Positions 39,330 through 49,938 of a stretch of DNA of 64,000 nucleotides are shown one piece after another (position 1 is the stretch's first letter; the number at the start of each line of letters is the position of its first letter). Source of the stretch: Candidatus Aenigmatarchaeota archaeon (lineage in GTDB: Archaea > Aenigmatarchaeota > Aenigmatarchaeia > QMZP01). A program made the position numbers and the translations under genes. The notes under the pieces were generated by a model. The model had not been told where the DNA came from. It saw only the letters and a program-made list of their open reading frames with translations, and did no database searches. Location of the stretch: assembly GCA_043824495.1 (NCBI GenBank), contig JBDRSV010000024.1, forward strand, positions 91,056 to 155,055. The letters run 5' to 3'.

Positions 39330-42056
39330 TTATATTTTCTCTATTATTTTCTTCTCTTCTTCTGTTATCCCGTATATTCTATATATATATGAATCTATTT
39401 CTTTGTCAATTCTTTGTATCTCATTTTCTATATGTACTCTTCTATCCGTTTTTTTGTCACCTATCTCATTTAAACTGTTATTCATAGAAATTATTTTATC
39501 AACTAAGTTAATGACATCTTTCTCTGTTTCTTTACTAACTAGTTTAATAGGAAATTTCTTCGTATTAGCAATTAGTATTTTTTGGAATAGCCTTTTTGAA
39601 GGATCTAAATATTTCTCTTTATGGTAAAAAGTCATTAGCTTTGAGTTTAAAATTGCTAGAATATATTTAATTTGATCAGAACTACCGTTCTTGGGTATTA
39701 TATTAAATCCTATTTGTGTGTTATATAACTCCTTTTCGGTATATCCAGCGTATATTTTTGGAGGTTTACCACTGATAATCTGTCTCACGACTATACGAGG
39801 TTTTAAGAAAAATCTCTGTTCTCTGGGAGCGCCTAGCCATTTCCCATAACTAATATATTCTGTTTGGTTCCATTTTATACCATATCTTATAATGCCTGCT
39901 CCAGATAAGAGGGGTTTGAAAGTTTCATTCTTTTTTGTTTCTGAATGAAAAACTTTATTTTTTATTTGATCTTGTGTATGACCTTTGTATTTATCATAAG
40001 GTGTTAATCCTAGCGAGAAATCGCACAAATCTATCAAAGGTTTTGTACCTTCTTCAATCTTTTTAATTATTTTACTTATAGTAGGATTTCGAGATATATT
40101 GATAATGTTATCACGACTCCAGTCTAGTTGATTAAATGTTGTGTATGTATTGCAATTTTCTTTGTCTATGAAACTTATCTTTTCTTCACTAGGATAAATC
40201 AAAAGTTCACATTTAGTACTTTTTGTTGGCTTCTTTTTTTGGTATATGAGTATTATGGTCTCTACTTTAGCCTTCTCAAAAACATTATCAGGAAGTCTCA
40301 CAATCTTTTTAAGAGTCGCTTCGTTTAATAGTAATTTTCTTATTTTTGAATATGATTGATTATATAGGATTGAATTCGGTATAATAAAACCGAAGTATCC
40401 TCCATTCTTTAGTAGACGGAAAGATTTTTCAACAAAAACTGAGTACAGATTCATTCTATTTTCTACTGTTTCATATGCCGAAAATAAATATTTAACAATT
40501 AGAGGATCTAGCTGTTTTATATCTACATACGGTGGATTACCAATTATAATATCAAAGGAACCTCCTTCAAAATCGTCTATCCATTTAAAAGAGTCTAATC
40601 CAGCAACCTCTTCAGCATCTATTAAACTGTTTCCATGACATATATGAGTATCAATCTCTGTGGGTAGTTTTCTTCCCTTTTCTGCAGCCTTCAGTAATAA
40701 ATTCAGTTTTGTTATTTCTACTGCTTTATTGTCTAAGTCCACACCGTAAAAGTTATTCTTAAGCATGTGTGTTTTAACTGAATAAATTCCCTGATAATCT
40801 AATCTCATTTGTTTTGCTTCTGGTTTTTGCATCATACTATTCAACAAATGATCAAAAGACTTTATTAAGAATGAACCAGAACCACACGCAGGGTCTAATA
40901 TTTTAATTTCTAATGGCTTCGTTTTTTTATCTGTTATTAACTCTCCTAAAGTGTTTCTAATAATATAATCTACTACATAAGTCGGTGTGTAATAAATGCC
41001 TTGTTCCTTTCTATGTAGTCTCGAATCTCTTAATTGAGCTTTCCCTGATTTCTTTTGATCAAGAATTAGACCCAAGTATTGCTCATAAACTTGACCTAGA
41101 ACATCAGCATCTATCCAGTCAAAATTATAAATGTATGTTTTGTCTTTCGATTCGTATAAATAATAAATTAAATTTTTAATTATAGATCCGTTGATATTGA
41201 TTGTATCACAATCATTATCTCTCGATATAGCAAACAAACCACTGTTATATACATCATCATATGTTTTGAATATTTCCTTCAGTTTTGTGTAAGCTTTACT
41301 ATCATGTAGGTGTTTTATATCGCTAAGTATAACACCATCAGGATTTATGTTTATGTCTTCACAGCGTCGAATAAATATAAGTCTGTCTAGAATTCTCTGG
41401 ACTATATCATCCTTCTCATCAATAGAATACTTTTTTGCATAGGTTTTCTCAATGTCGCTAGCAATTAAACTTCTTATAAGCATCAAATCATTAAGCAGGG
41501 TTTTATCGATAGAAACCCTTTTCTTCAATCTACCTTCATCTTCAGCTTTTTTAAGGATAATATTTTCTTCAAAACTGTTTTTTGATAAGAAAAGCAAATC
41601 TTCAAAGCTGTTGATATAATCTTCTGGGGTATTGAAAACTCGGAATTTATTTCTTATAGAATTTTCTTCCTCTACACAAAATATTCTTGTTTCTTCAAAG
41701 TTGGTTGATACTGCAAAAGGTACTCTCTTTGATAGTGCATATGATATTACTTGTTTATCCGCTTCTCTATCTAAAGATACACCAACCTTTTTGACTTCAA
41801 GAAAGAAAACAGTTCTGCCATTAATCTTAAAGGCGTAATCTGCGCGTCCTCTTTGACTTCCTCTATGTGCTTGAGACTGTTTATCAAAATCATTTCGCTC
41901 CCAACCAAGCAACTGAAAAAGAGGTTCAATTAATCTAGTTTCTGTATCAGCTTCTGACAGTTTTTTATATGATTCTTTGTCAGCGTTGAATTCGTTAATT
42001 AATTTTTGAATTTCCTCCTTAATGATCTCTTTATCCATATAATTAGAATGAAACAA
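39330..42056 (-). CDS. Single-chain restriction-modification enzyme (Type IIL/IIG, MmeI-like): PD-ExK nuclease, then a gamma-class N6-adenine methyltransferase, then a target-recognition domain
   Basis: The N-terminus has D...FFLEVKK (PD-ExK). Methyltransferase motif I is ILDPACGSGSFL and motif IV is IIGNPPY, in gamma-class order. 908 aa. Confidence 0.75.
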   Translation of the reverse strand: MFHSNYMDKEIIKEEIQKLINEFNADKESYKKLSEADTETRLIEPLFQLLGWERNDFDKQSQAHRGSQRGRADYAFKINGRTVFFLEVKKVGVSLDREADKQVISYALSKRVPFAVSTNFEETRIFCVEEENSIRNKFRVFNTPEDYINSFEDLLFLSKNSFEENIILKKAEDEGRLKKRVSIDKTLLNDLMLIRSLIASDIEKTYAKKYSIDEKDDIVQRILDRLIFIRRCEDININPDGVILSDIKHLHDSKAYTKLKEIFKTYDDVYNSGLFAISRDNDCDTININGSIIKNLIYYLYESKDKTYIYNFDWIDADVLGQVYEQYLGLILDQKKSGKAQLRDSRLHRKEQGIYYTPTYVVDYIIRNTLGELITDKKTKPLEIKILDPACGSGSFLIKSFDHLLNSMMQKPEAKQMRLDYQGIYSVKTHMLKNNFYGVDLDNKAVEITKLNLLLKAAEKGRKLPTEIDTHICHGNSLIDAEEVAGLDSFKWIDDFEGGSFDIIIGNPPYVDIKQLDPLIVKYLFSAYETVENRMNLYSVFVEKSFRLLKNGGYFGFIIPNSILYNQSYSKIRKLLLNEATLKKIVRLPDNVFEKAKVETIILIYQKKKPTKSTKCELLIYPSEEKISFIDKENCNTYTTFNQLDWSRDNIINISRNPTISKIIKKIEEGTKPLIDLCDFSLGLTPYDKYKGHTQDQIKNKVFHSETKKNETFKPLLSGAGIIRYGIKWNQTEYISYGKWLGAPREQRFFLKPRIVVRQIISGKPPKIYAGYTEKELYNTQIGFNIIPKNGSSDQIKYILAILNSKLMTFYHKEKYLDPSKRLFQKILIANTKKFPIKLVSKETEKDVINLVDKIISMNNSLNEIGDKKTDRRVHIENEIQRIDKEIDSYIYRIYGITEEEKKIIEKI

Positions 42057-42193
42057 ATTCTAATAAGCTTTATCTTCACCAATAATTTCTGTTTCTCCTT
42101 TTCTGCCGCTGTACAAGTTCTGGTTCAGTGCGGTTCAACTTAGTTCAACTGAACTGTAGAAAACTTTATAAGCCCTATAAACAAGGATAATGT

Positions 42194-43213
42194 ATGCAAA
42201 AAAAATATTCAGCAGATTGGCTTGAAAAAGCTGAGATTGTGAAAAGAAAAATAAAGGACCTACAACTGGATCCAGAAAATGTTAGGTTTAGCCATATACC
42301 ACAAATTCATAAGAGCACAAAAAACATAGAAGAAATAATGAAGGAGGATGACGGCATCTTTGACCTTTATGATCAAATACTTTCTTCAAATGGTATTATA
42401 GAGCCTATTGTAATTGATTCAAATAATATGGTCATCGAGGGTAATCGAAGATTAACTTGTTTGAGGCTCTTGGATGACCAGGCAAAAAAAGGAGAATTAG
42501 ATGATGAAGGCATATCTAGAACCCAGTTTGAAGAGGTGCAATGCAGACTCTTGCCTAAAATAGATGACGAAACAAGGGATCTTTTCCTTGCAACAATACA
42601 TGTGAAAGGCAAGAAGCCTTGGAAAAGATTTAATAAAGCCAAGCATATATACAGGCTTAACAGAATGCACAAAATAAGTTATGACGAAATAGCAAGACTT
42701 CTTGGGATGGGAAAAGCCACCGTCCAGAGAAATGTTTCTGTTTATGTGGAGGTCAGTAAATATCACACAAGATTCTCTGACGATAAAGAATGGTTTAAGA
42801 AATTCATGCTCTATGAGCAGTTTTTTATGAGAAAAGATTTAAGAGATTTTAGAGAAGATCAAGAAAACATAAACATTTTTGCTAAATGGGTTTATTCTGG
42901 AAAATTTCAAAATCATAAAGATATTAGAAGATTATATGAAGTCCTAAATGATGAGGACTCAAAAAATGAATTTGAAAAGACAAATATGGAGAACGCCATA
43001 AAAACATTGGAAACCAAGAATCCTGAGCTCGTAGACGCTGACTTTAAGAAAATAAACGACACTATAAGTGTTTTACAAGAAATTTCAAGAGCTAAGCTCA
43101 ATGATATTGTCTCAAACCCAGAGAAAATAAAACTATTAAATTCGCTTGAGCATGAACTGAAAAACTTACTGATTGATATAGAAAGCAGAAAAGACAGCTT
43201 AAGGAAAAAATAA
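42194..43213 (+). CDS. ParB/Srx-like nuclease-domain protein with an HTH
   Basis: IEPIVIDSNNMVIEGNRRLTCLRLL is the ParB-like N-terminal domain motif, and SYDEIARLLGMGKATVQRN is an HTH. It is divergent from the RM gene, with a palindromic operator-like site between them. Confidence 0.6.
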   Translation: MQKKYSADWLEKAEIVKRKIKDLQLDPENVRFSHIPQIHKSTKNIEEIMKEDDGIFDLYDQILSSNGIIEPIVIDSNNMVIEGNRRLTCLRLLDDQAKKGELDDEGISRTQFEEVQCRLLPKIDDETRDLFLATIHVKGKKPWKRFNKAKHIYRLNRMHKISYDEIARLLGMGKATVQRNVSVYVEVSKYHTRFSDDKEWFKKFMLYEQFFMRKDLRDFREDQENINIFAKWVYSGKFQNHKDIRRLYEVLNDEDSKNEFEKTNMENAIKTLETKNPELVDADFKKINDTISVLQEISRAKLNDIVSNPEKIKLLNSLEHELKNLLIDIESRKDSLRKK

Positions 43214-43371
43214 TGACCAGGGTGGTGGAAGGGGCGACTGACGGGTGGCCCTCCATAACTTCCTTTGTCAGGAAGCGAACACGGTAAAACGTGCCCTGGT
43301 CTTCATAATCTTAATGTTTGATTAATATTTATATGTTATTTATATATTCTTTTTCTATCTTATTAACTAAT

Positions 43372-43590
43372 CTATAGTTTCCAATAAGTAACTCCACCTC
43401 TGGTTTTACCTCTAGATAAGTACCCGCGTTTAAATAATCTCTTAAGTGTTTTATCTGCACTATGCCAACTCATTTTCGTTCTTTTCGCTATCTTATTTGT
43501 TGTTATGGGTCTCTGGGTTCTTCTAAGAAGATTAAGTATAGCAGATTCCTTTGGACTGAATCTTGAATGTCCGTTTACCATTTTAATCAC
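43372..43590 (-). CDS. Small winged-HTH DNA-binding protein
   Basis: SAILNLLRRTQRPITTNKIAKRTKMSWHSADKTLKRLFKRGYL is a wHTH pattern. Confidence 0.45.
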   Translation of the reverse strand: MIKMVNGHSRFSPKESAILNLLRRTQRPITTNKIAKRTKMSWHSADKTLKRLFKRGYLSRGKTRGGVTYWKL

Positions 43591-43849
43591 GCCTTATCAA
43601 CTTGAAGCTGACTTTAATATCTTTCTTGTCCTTAAGTGGAATTGGAGTTTCTACAGTATACTCTAAAAGATCTTCTTCAGAGAATTTTATTGCATCCGAT
43701 ATCTCTCTTGGAAACCTCACGAAAAACAAGTCTCGTGAGTCCTTGCTTATTTTTGCTGATTTTGTTATAATCTCTTTATCATATGGGAGCTCTTTTTCCA
43801 GTGATCTCTTTTTTTCAGGTTTTTCCCATTGTATGTTTTTTCTTCCCAT
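43583..43849 (-). CDS. Hypothetical protein
   Basis: Its stop overlaps the start of the downstream wHTH gene (43372-43590). Confidence 0.35.
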   Translation of the reverse strand: MGRKNIQWEKPEKKRSLEKELPYDKEIITKSAKISKDSRDLFFVRFPREISDAIKFSEEDLLEYTVETPIPLKDKKDIKVSFKLIRRD

Positions 43850-44027
43850 ACTTAATATATTGCATGTGTTCTTTATAAAAGTTATGGTGTATTTTTAAAG
43901 CTTTGTATGCAAAATGCAAACCTTTATAAGGATAAACATTCTAAATTACATATGTAACTTACAAACTCATAAAATATAAGGAGGTGATAACGAGACTGGC
44001 GATAAGGTATAACTTCGCCAGTCTCTC

Positions 44028-45038
44028 ATGCTTATGAAAACGAAACAACTTACTTTAGATCGAGACTGGAGCCAATATAACTTGGCCCAAACACAGGAGA
44101 AACTTCTATTCATGAGAATACTGAGTGATGCCGTTAATTCCATGAATATAGAATATACATACAAAGGCAACGGAAGACCAAGCATAGGCATAGAGGACAT
44201 GATAAAAGTCCTCGTGATAAAGGTTTTCAACGGCTTCTCGCAGAGGAGGACAATACCAGATTTGTATATGGCTAAAGGTTTAGGCTACATACCTGAAGTC
44301 CCACACTTCAATTCCATAAGCAACTACTTCAACAGCACTGAATTGACTTATTATCTTGAGCAGCTCTACAGGATATTGGCTATGCCATTCATTCCTATAG
44401 AACAGTACTTTGCTATCGATTCTACTGGTTTTGGTAAATACAATACCAATTGGACTGCCAGCAAATATAAAAACGCAAGCATGAGAAGCTTCAACAAGCT
44501 GCATATAATATGCGGAGTGCGGACAAACATAATTGTGATAGCTAAAGTGACAGATGCACACCAACACGATTCTCTTCAGTTTCCTAAGATGCTTAAGGAG
44601 ACATGCAAAATATTCACAGTAAAAGAGATCTCTGCAGACAAAGGATATCTAGCACTCTATAATGTGAATGCAGCTAAAGAATTAGGCGTAGTACCCTACA
44701 TAATGCCCAAGAAGAACACAAAGTTATATTCCAAAAAGAGATGGGTGGATGGAGAGGCATGGGATAGAATGGTACTCATGTGGAGACATAAAGAGGAAGA
44801 ATTCAGAAAACACTACCATCTGAGATCGAATGTTGAGAGCAGCTTCTCAATGATGAAGAGGAAGTTTCTTCCTTTCATAAGGAGTAAGAACCCTATTGCA
44901 CAGAAGAATGAAATTCTGGCTAAGGTTGCTTGTCACAATATATCCGTTCTTGTCCACTCAATCTTTGAATTGGGTTTAAACATAGATTTTAAAAATATAG
45001 ATTCAACAGATGAAAGGAGGGAATATTATGACGCCTGA
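44028..45038 (+). CDS. IS4/IS5-superfamily DDE transposase (DDE_Tnp_1)
   Basis: AIDSTG (D), ISADKGY (D), HYHLRSNVESSFSMMKRKF (the Y-x2-R-x3-E-x6-K signature). A hairpin GAGACTGGCGA...TCGCCAGTCTC lies just upstream. Confidence 0.7.
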   Translation: MLMKTKQLTLDRDWSQYNLAQTQEKLLFMRILSDAVNSMNIEYTYKGNGRPSIGIEDMIKVLVIKVFNGFSQRRTIPDLYMAKGLGYIPEVPHFNSISNYFNSTELTYYLEQLYRILAMPFIPIEQYFAIDSTGFGKYNTNWTASKYKNASMRSFNKLHIICGVRTNIIVIAKVTDAHQHDSLQFPKMLKETCKIFTVKEISADKGYLALYNVNAAKELGVVPYIMPKKNTKLYSKKRWVDGEAWDRMVLMWRHKEEEFRKHYHLRSNVESSFSMMKRKFLPFIRSKNPIAQKNEILAKVACHNISVLVHSIFELGLNIDFKNIDSTDERREYYDA

Positions 45039-45444
45039 AGAAGGGATGAAAATATTAAACCAGTATCTAAGTGATATGAATAAATTAAGGGAGAAAAGAT
45101 ATTATGAGGGTAAAGATGAATTAAACTTACTTGATAGAAAAATAAAAACTTTCATAAATAGAGTTTTCCCAGATTATGAAGAAAGGCAGAAAGACTATTA
45201 TAGAACTGTACATGCTTGGTTTATTGCTACAATGCATGAAGAGACAGAAGAAGAAAAACAAACGGATTACATGAATCAAATAAGAAAAATGACACTATTT
45301 GTCAATACTTTGTTGGATGAATTACAAGTTTTTGGGTTGGCATCAGAAAAATTTGGACCAACAAAAACTGAGACAGAAAAAGAAATAAGCGGTGGAATTC
45401 CAGGCATTCTAAAAGGTAAATACAAACGAACTAAAAGCGAATAG
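45010..45444 (+). CDS. Hypothetical protein
   Basis: ORF overlapping the 3' end of the transposase gene. Confidence 0.35.
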   Translation: MKGGNIMTPEEGMKILNQYLSDMNKLREKRYYEGKDELNLLDRKIKTFINRVFPDYEERQKDYYRTVHAWFIATMHEETEEEKQTDYMNQIRKMTLFVNTLLDELQVFGLASEKFGPTKTETEKEISGGIPGILKGKYKRTKSE

Positions 45445-45513
45445 TAAAAGGTTTTTGTGCAAAGCCAAGAGTTAAACATAAACTATAAATAAAAGAAGAT
45501 ACAAGAAGTCCAC

Positions 45514-46281
45514 ATGGAACCAATTATATGTTTTGGGCAACAGCCTAATGGAATATTTCCTAAGAATTTCTTTGTGGCTAAGATAGATTCAGCTAGAAAG
45601 CTTCAGCGGGAAATTGGTGGAAAAATAATATGGTTCTGTCACGATTCAGATCATGATCACAGAGAAACAAAAACAAGAATAGAATCTAATATGCATAAAG
45701 AAGGTTTTGTTGATCTTAACTTCTCGATTAAGAACAAAACCCAAAGGAAATATACTCCTTTATACCTAAAAGAAATAACTCCGGAATGGAAAGAAGAAAC
45801 AAGAAAAATTCTAGAAAGAATTGTTTCACTAGAATTGCTTATAATATTCTATTCTGTGAATGAAACAAGAGTAGCGGATTTCTGTATAGAGATGTATAAG
45901 AGAATGGGATTACTTGATGGTATAGATATTGTAAGAAGTAGTGATCCTAGGTTTAGAGAAGAAGCAGAGAAGCCAGAAGAAGAATTCATAGATGTGGAAT
46001 ATGATGGAGAAATAGTAAGAGCTAGGTGTATGAAAGATGGGTTATATTTACATGAAGGCGGAGATAGTTACAAGAAGATGGCGGATATGTGTGATTATTC
46101 AAAGAAACAAGTCTCCGCTGCTAGAGATTCTAGGTTTCCCTGGATGCAATCTGTAATTAAAGCAACTCATTATGTGTATGGAATGTCAGAGAAAGAATAT
46201 ATAAAGAAACAACAAATAGAGATGGTTCCTAGAGATGAAATAGATAAGAAAGATTTTGCATTTATTCAATTACTTAAATAA
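45514..46281 (+). CDS. Hypothetical protein
   Basis: Complete 255-aa ORF, convergent with the PIG-L deacetylase gene. Confidence 0.4.
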   Translation: MEPIICFGQQPNGIFPKNFFVAKIDSARKLQREIGGKIIWFCHDSDHDHRETKTRIESNMHKEGFVDLNFSIKNKTQRKYTPLYLKEITPEWKEETRKILERIVSLELLIIFYSVNETRVADFCIEMYKRMGLLDGIDIVRSSDPRFREEAEKPEEEFIDVEYDGEIVRARCMKDGLYLHEGGDSYKKMADMCDYSKKQVSAARDSRFPWMQSVIKATHYVYGMSEKEYIKKQQIEMVPRDEIDKKDFAFIQLLK

Positions 46282-46944
46282 ATCTAAATTAAGTTCTAGT
46301 GGTCTATCAACTATGAAGGATTCTCCATATTTAGAACCAATTAGACTACCTACACTTTGTCTATAGAAGCTTAGTCTATCTACAACACCTTCTGTTTGTG
46401 ATTTGTGACAATTTGCTAATTCTTTCCATTTCTCAAAATAGTCTGTTACATCACATACTAGATTAGGTTCTAGATGTCTTGGAATCATGTAATAAATTAC
46501 ATGTGGAACAAAATGATGATCATGGTCTAATTTGATATTCTTGAATTTAGCTAATCTCAGTGCATGTTTCACTATATTTCCTGTAGTGAAATGATCAGAG
46601 TGAGCTACTCCATCGTGATGCCCTGCATTGTTCTCATAATATGGAGCAAATACAATATCTGGTTTATGCTTTCTAATAACGGAAGCTATTTTTTCTCTAC
46701 TTTTATAATTGTCTTCTATTTGACAATCTTTGAAACCGAGGAATTCGAAAGAAGCTCCTGCGAATTTAGCAGCTTCCTCAACCTCTTTTTCTCGTATTTC
46801 AGGAGAACCCTTTGTCCCTGCTTCACCCTTGGTTAGTACAGCTAAGCTAACCTTGAAACCCTGGTCTACTAGCTTGAGTAGGGTCCCACCCATAGCAAAT
46901 TCTACATCGTCTGGATGAGCACCAAAAATTAGAACGCTTTTCAT
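46270..46944 (-). CDS. PIG-L/LmbE-family deacetylase
   Basis: N-terminus ...IFGAHPDDVEF..., His/Asp-rich, 224 aa. Confidence 0.75.
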   Translation of the reverse strand: MKSVLIFGAHPDDVEFAMGGTLLKLVDQGFKVSLAVLTKGEAGTKGSPEIREKEVEEAAKFAGASFEFLGFKDCQIEDNYKSREKIASVIRKHKPDIVFAPYYENNAGHHDGVAHSDHFTTGNIVKHALRLAKFKNIKLDHDHHFVPHVIYYMIPRHLEPNLVCDVTDYFEKWKELANCHKSQTEGVVDRLSFYRQSVGSLIGSKYGESFIVDRPLELNLDLFK

Positions 46945-47034
46945 GTGTATTTGTTCTCGTCTGAGTTTATATGCGTTTTTGTATAGAATATAGTGGCATA
47001 GATAGATTCAATAACTTTTGTTACTAATGAAAAT

Positions 47035-49560
47035 TTATTTTATGATATGAATTGCAACTGATTTTTCATATCCTTTTATGAAATCTTCTACCATGTCTCT
47101 TGCTGTAGTGTCTGAATGTTGTATTGGTGGATGCTTCATGAAATAAGCTGATGGACCTTCTAAGTAGCCTCCGATACCTCTATCTTTTGCTATTTTTGCA
47201 CAGCGAATACCATCTATTACTACACCAGCAGAATTTGGAGAATCTTCTACAGAAAGTCTGAGTTCTAAATTAAGAGGAACATCTCCGAATTTTCTTCCTT
47301 CCATTCTAATGAAACAAATCTTGTTATCTTTCTGCCATGGAACATAATCACTTGGTCCAATATGAATATTTTCTGGTTCTAGTGGTATTGGTAATTGAGA
47401 CTGAACAGCTTCTGTCTTGCTGATTTTTTTGCTCTTGAGTCTTGATCTCTCAAGCATGTTTAGGAAATCTGTGTTATGAACTAATATGTTTGAACAAATA
47501 AACCGTTCAAATGGTTTTGTGCTTATGTCATAAACATACACATCTTTTAATTTTATTTTTCTAATGTTTTTTATCTTAAGGAAGCGAGTATCGCCTGTAC
47601 ATAATTGTTTAATTTTTTCTCTTTCAAACTCACTTTTAACTTTATCCAATTGAGAAAGAACTATATGAGTTCTAATTGATCCGTGTTTGTACCACGTTGT
47701 TGATTTTATTTTCCATTTTTTCAAAAGTTTTATATTTGGTATTCGATGTGTTCCATAACGTTTTAATTTATTATTAGTATTGAGCATTGCCTTTTTCTTG
47801 TAATCTTGTAAAAATCCTACTTTATTTATGAACAATTCCATATCAATTTTTGATGATATTAATCCATGCCAAGCATACCCTAGTTTGCTGTTATATGCAG
47901 TTCTAGTGCTACTATATCTTTCCTTGAAAATTGTTGAATTTATTCCTAATCTCAAAAACAATGTCTGTATATCATTCAAAAGGTCACGAGAAACAGATGT
48001 CCATCTTATCTGTTTTCCTGTAACACCACCATCACCACTTAAATAACCTCTTAAAACTAATGATATTTGTCTATCTGATAAATTAAAAATCCATTCTGGT
48101 ATCCGTTTTGTATAAGCATTTCCCCCTAAACCAATAGCTAACTTAAATATTTTAGACAATATTTTTGAATGAATCCTTACACTAATACCGTCATTTCTAA
48201 CGCTATATCCAATATTAAATCTATCTGTTAAACTATCTATAAGGTACATACACTCAGGTTCAGCACCGCATGCAATTTCTATATTAGATGAACCTTCTCT
48301 ATCATAATTACCATCTGCAATCCATAAACCAACCAACTGTAAAAGATCATCTGTAATTGGGAATTTAACAGGAATTTTTATTTCAGGATGACCACGGACA
48401 TTTATATGACCGTCTGATACACCATCAACTAATAATTTATTACTATATGGACTTAGATCTATACTTTCAATTTCTTCTGATTTAGCATGTGGTAACACTC
48501 TAGGAACAGCAATATACGTTTCATTTCCTTTTAGTATTTTTACAGGGATTTCATTTAATATACCGTCATCGCTTAATGTAAAGACATTATGATCCCCTGT
48601 GATTTTTATTGTCCTACCTTCTTCGGTAGTTATTTCATAAATAGGTTCAGATACCTTATGTCGTATTAGTGCATTTATATCTGATAGGACAACGTTATAA
48701 TTATCATTTATAGTAAAACATCGCATATTTTCATTAATTTCTTTCATAATTACAATGTCTTTTCCATCAGATCTTTTCTTACCATAAAGCTCCAAATAAG
48801 AGTCTATCAAATCTCCAATTTTAACCCGCTTTAATTGATTGTTTATAACTACAGGAACCTCCTGATCTCCTGTTACACTGTTCCCCCCAGTATTCAATTG
48901 ATATGTCCTATCAATCTTTATTCCTCTATCAGAGAATAACTTTGTTAAAACTCTATGTGTAATTGTTGCACCTAATTGACTCTTAATATCATCACCAATA
49001 ATAGGAATTCCTTTTTCCTTGAACTTATCACCCCATTCAGGATTTGATGCAATGAAAACAGGCATACAGTTAATGAATCCAACACCTGCATCTAAACAAG
49101 CTTGTGCATAGAACTTAGTTGCTTCTTCACTTCCAACAGGCATGTAATTAATTAGCACATCAGCCTGACTATCCTTCAACACTTGAACAACATCCACATT
49201 TTTTTTCCCTGATTTTTTAAATCTATTATCTTCAGGATAATTATTCATATGATCTGCTACACCATCTAACACAGGTCCCATCTGAACTTCCACTCCAATG
49301 TGAGGAACATCCTTATAAAATATAGTAGTGTTGTTAGGCTTTGCGAATATTGCTTCCGACAAATCTTTATCTACCTTTCTCTCATCAATATCAAAAGCAG
49401 CTACTGGTTTAATATCAGATATTTTATATTCACCTAGAATATTATGCATTAGACCTGATACTGGTTTACTAGAATCTACATCTTTGTAATAGAATAATCC
49501 CTGAACAAGACTAGAACAACAATTACCAACTCCAGCAAATGCAACCTTTATTTCTGTCAT
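47035..49560 (-). CDS. ino1: myo-Inositol-1-phosphate synthase containing an intein
   Basis: The N-terminus [17 protein letters not shown] and the exteins ...YQLNTGGN / [20 protein letters not shown] match MIPS. A 469-aa insert carries LAGLIDADG motifs. Confidence 0.85.
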   Translation of the reverse strand: MTEIKVAFAGVGNCCSSLVQGLFYYKDVDSSKPVSGLMHNILGEYKISDIKPVAAFDIDERKVDKDLSEAIFAKPNNTTIFYKDVPHIGVEVQMGPVLDGVADHMNNYPEDNRFKKSGKKNVDVVQVLKDSQADVLINYMPVGSEEATKFYAQACLDAGVGFINCMPVFIASNPEWGDKFKEKGIPIIGDDIKSQLGATITHRVLTKLFSDRGIKIDRTYQLNTGGNSVTGDQEVPVVINNQLKRVKIGDLIDSYLELYGKKRSDGKDIVIMKEINENMRCFTINDNYNVVLSDINALIRHKVSEPIYEITTEEGRTIKITGDHNVFTLSDDGILNEIPVKILKGNETYIAVPRVLPHAKSEEIESIDLSPYSNKLLVDGVSDGHINVRGHPEIKIPVKFPITDDLLQLVGLWIADGNYDREGSSNIEIACGAEPECMYLIDSLTDRFNIGYSVRNDGISVRIHSKILSKIFKLAIGLGGNAYTKRIPEWIFNLSDRQISLVLRGYLSGDGGVTGKQIRWTSVSRDLLNDIQTLFLRLGINSTIFKERYSSTRTAYNSKLGYAWHGLISSKIDMELFINKVGFLQDYKKKAMLNTNNKLKRYGTHRIPNIKLLKKWKIKSTTWYKHGSIRTHIVLSQLDKVKSEFEREKIKQLCTGDTRFLKIKNIRKIKLKDVYVYDISTKPFERFICSNILVHNTDFLNMLERSRLKSKKISKTEAVQSQLPIPLEPENIHIGPSDYVPWQKDNKICFIRMEGRKFGDVPLNLELRLSVEDSPNSAGVVIDGIRCAKIAKDRGIGGYLEGPSAYFMKHPPIQHSDTTARDMVEDFIKGYEKSVAIHIIK
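47473..48879 (-). mobile_element. Intein with a LAGLIDADG homing endonuclease domain, inside ino1
   Basis: Starts SVTGDQEV (block A-like) after GGN. LAGLIDADG-type motifs LVGLWIADG and LRGYLSGDG. Ends ...NILVHN followed by Thr (+1). Confidence 0.7.
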
Positions 49561-49626
49561 GTTTTACACCTGTAAAATAGTTGGTCAAGAAAGTATATAT
49601 ACTTTACGTGTGTAAATTATTCAATA

Positions 49627-49938
49627 ATGAAACCTTTAGAGAGACTAGAGAAATTGAATACAAGTGATTGTTTGTGGGTCTACATTCTTAGTATACTGAA
49701 TAAGACTCCTATGCATGCATATGCGGTAAGAAAAGAAGTGGAAAAAAGGTTTGGTTTTACACCAGGAAATGTGACATCTTACAAGGTTTTATATTTACTC
49801 AAAAGAAATGGTTATGTAAGTAAGAGTAAATATGGTAGAACAATTGTATACGACATAACTACAGATGGAAAGAAAGAACTGAAAAAAGCAGCAGGCTTCT
49901 ACAGAAGTCTTGCTCAAAAGCTTGAGGCGAGAAAATGA
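49627..49938 (+). CDS. PadR-family transcriptional regulator
   Basis: CLWVYILSILNKTPMHAYAVRKEVEKRFGFTPGNVTSYKVLYLLKRNGYV is the PadR wHTH. Confidence 0.7.
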   Translation: MKPLERLEKLNTSDCLWVYILSILNKTPMHAYAVRKEVEKRFGFTPGNVTSYKVLYLLKRNGYVSKSKYGRTIVYDITTDGKKELKKAAGFYRSLAQKLEARK

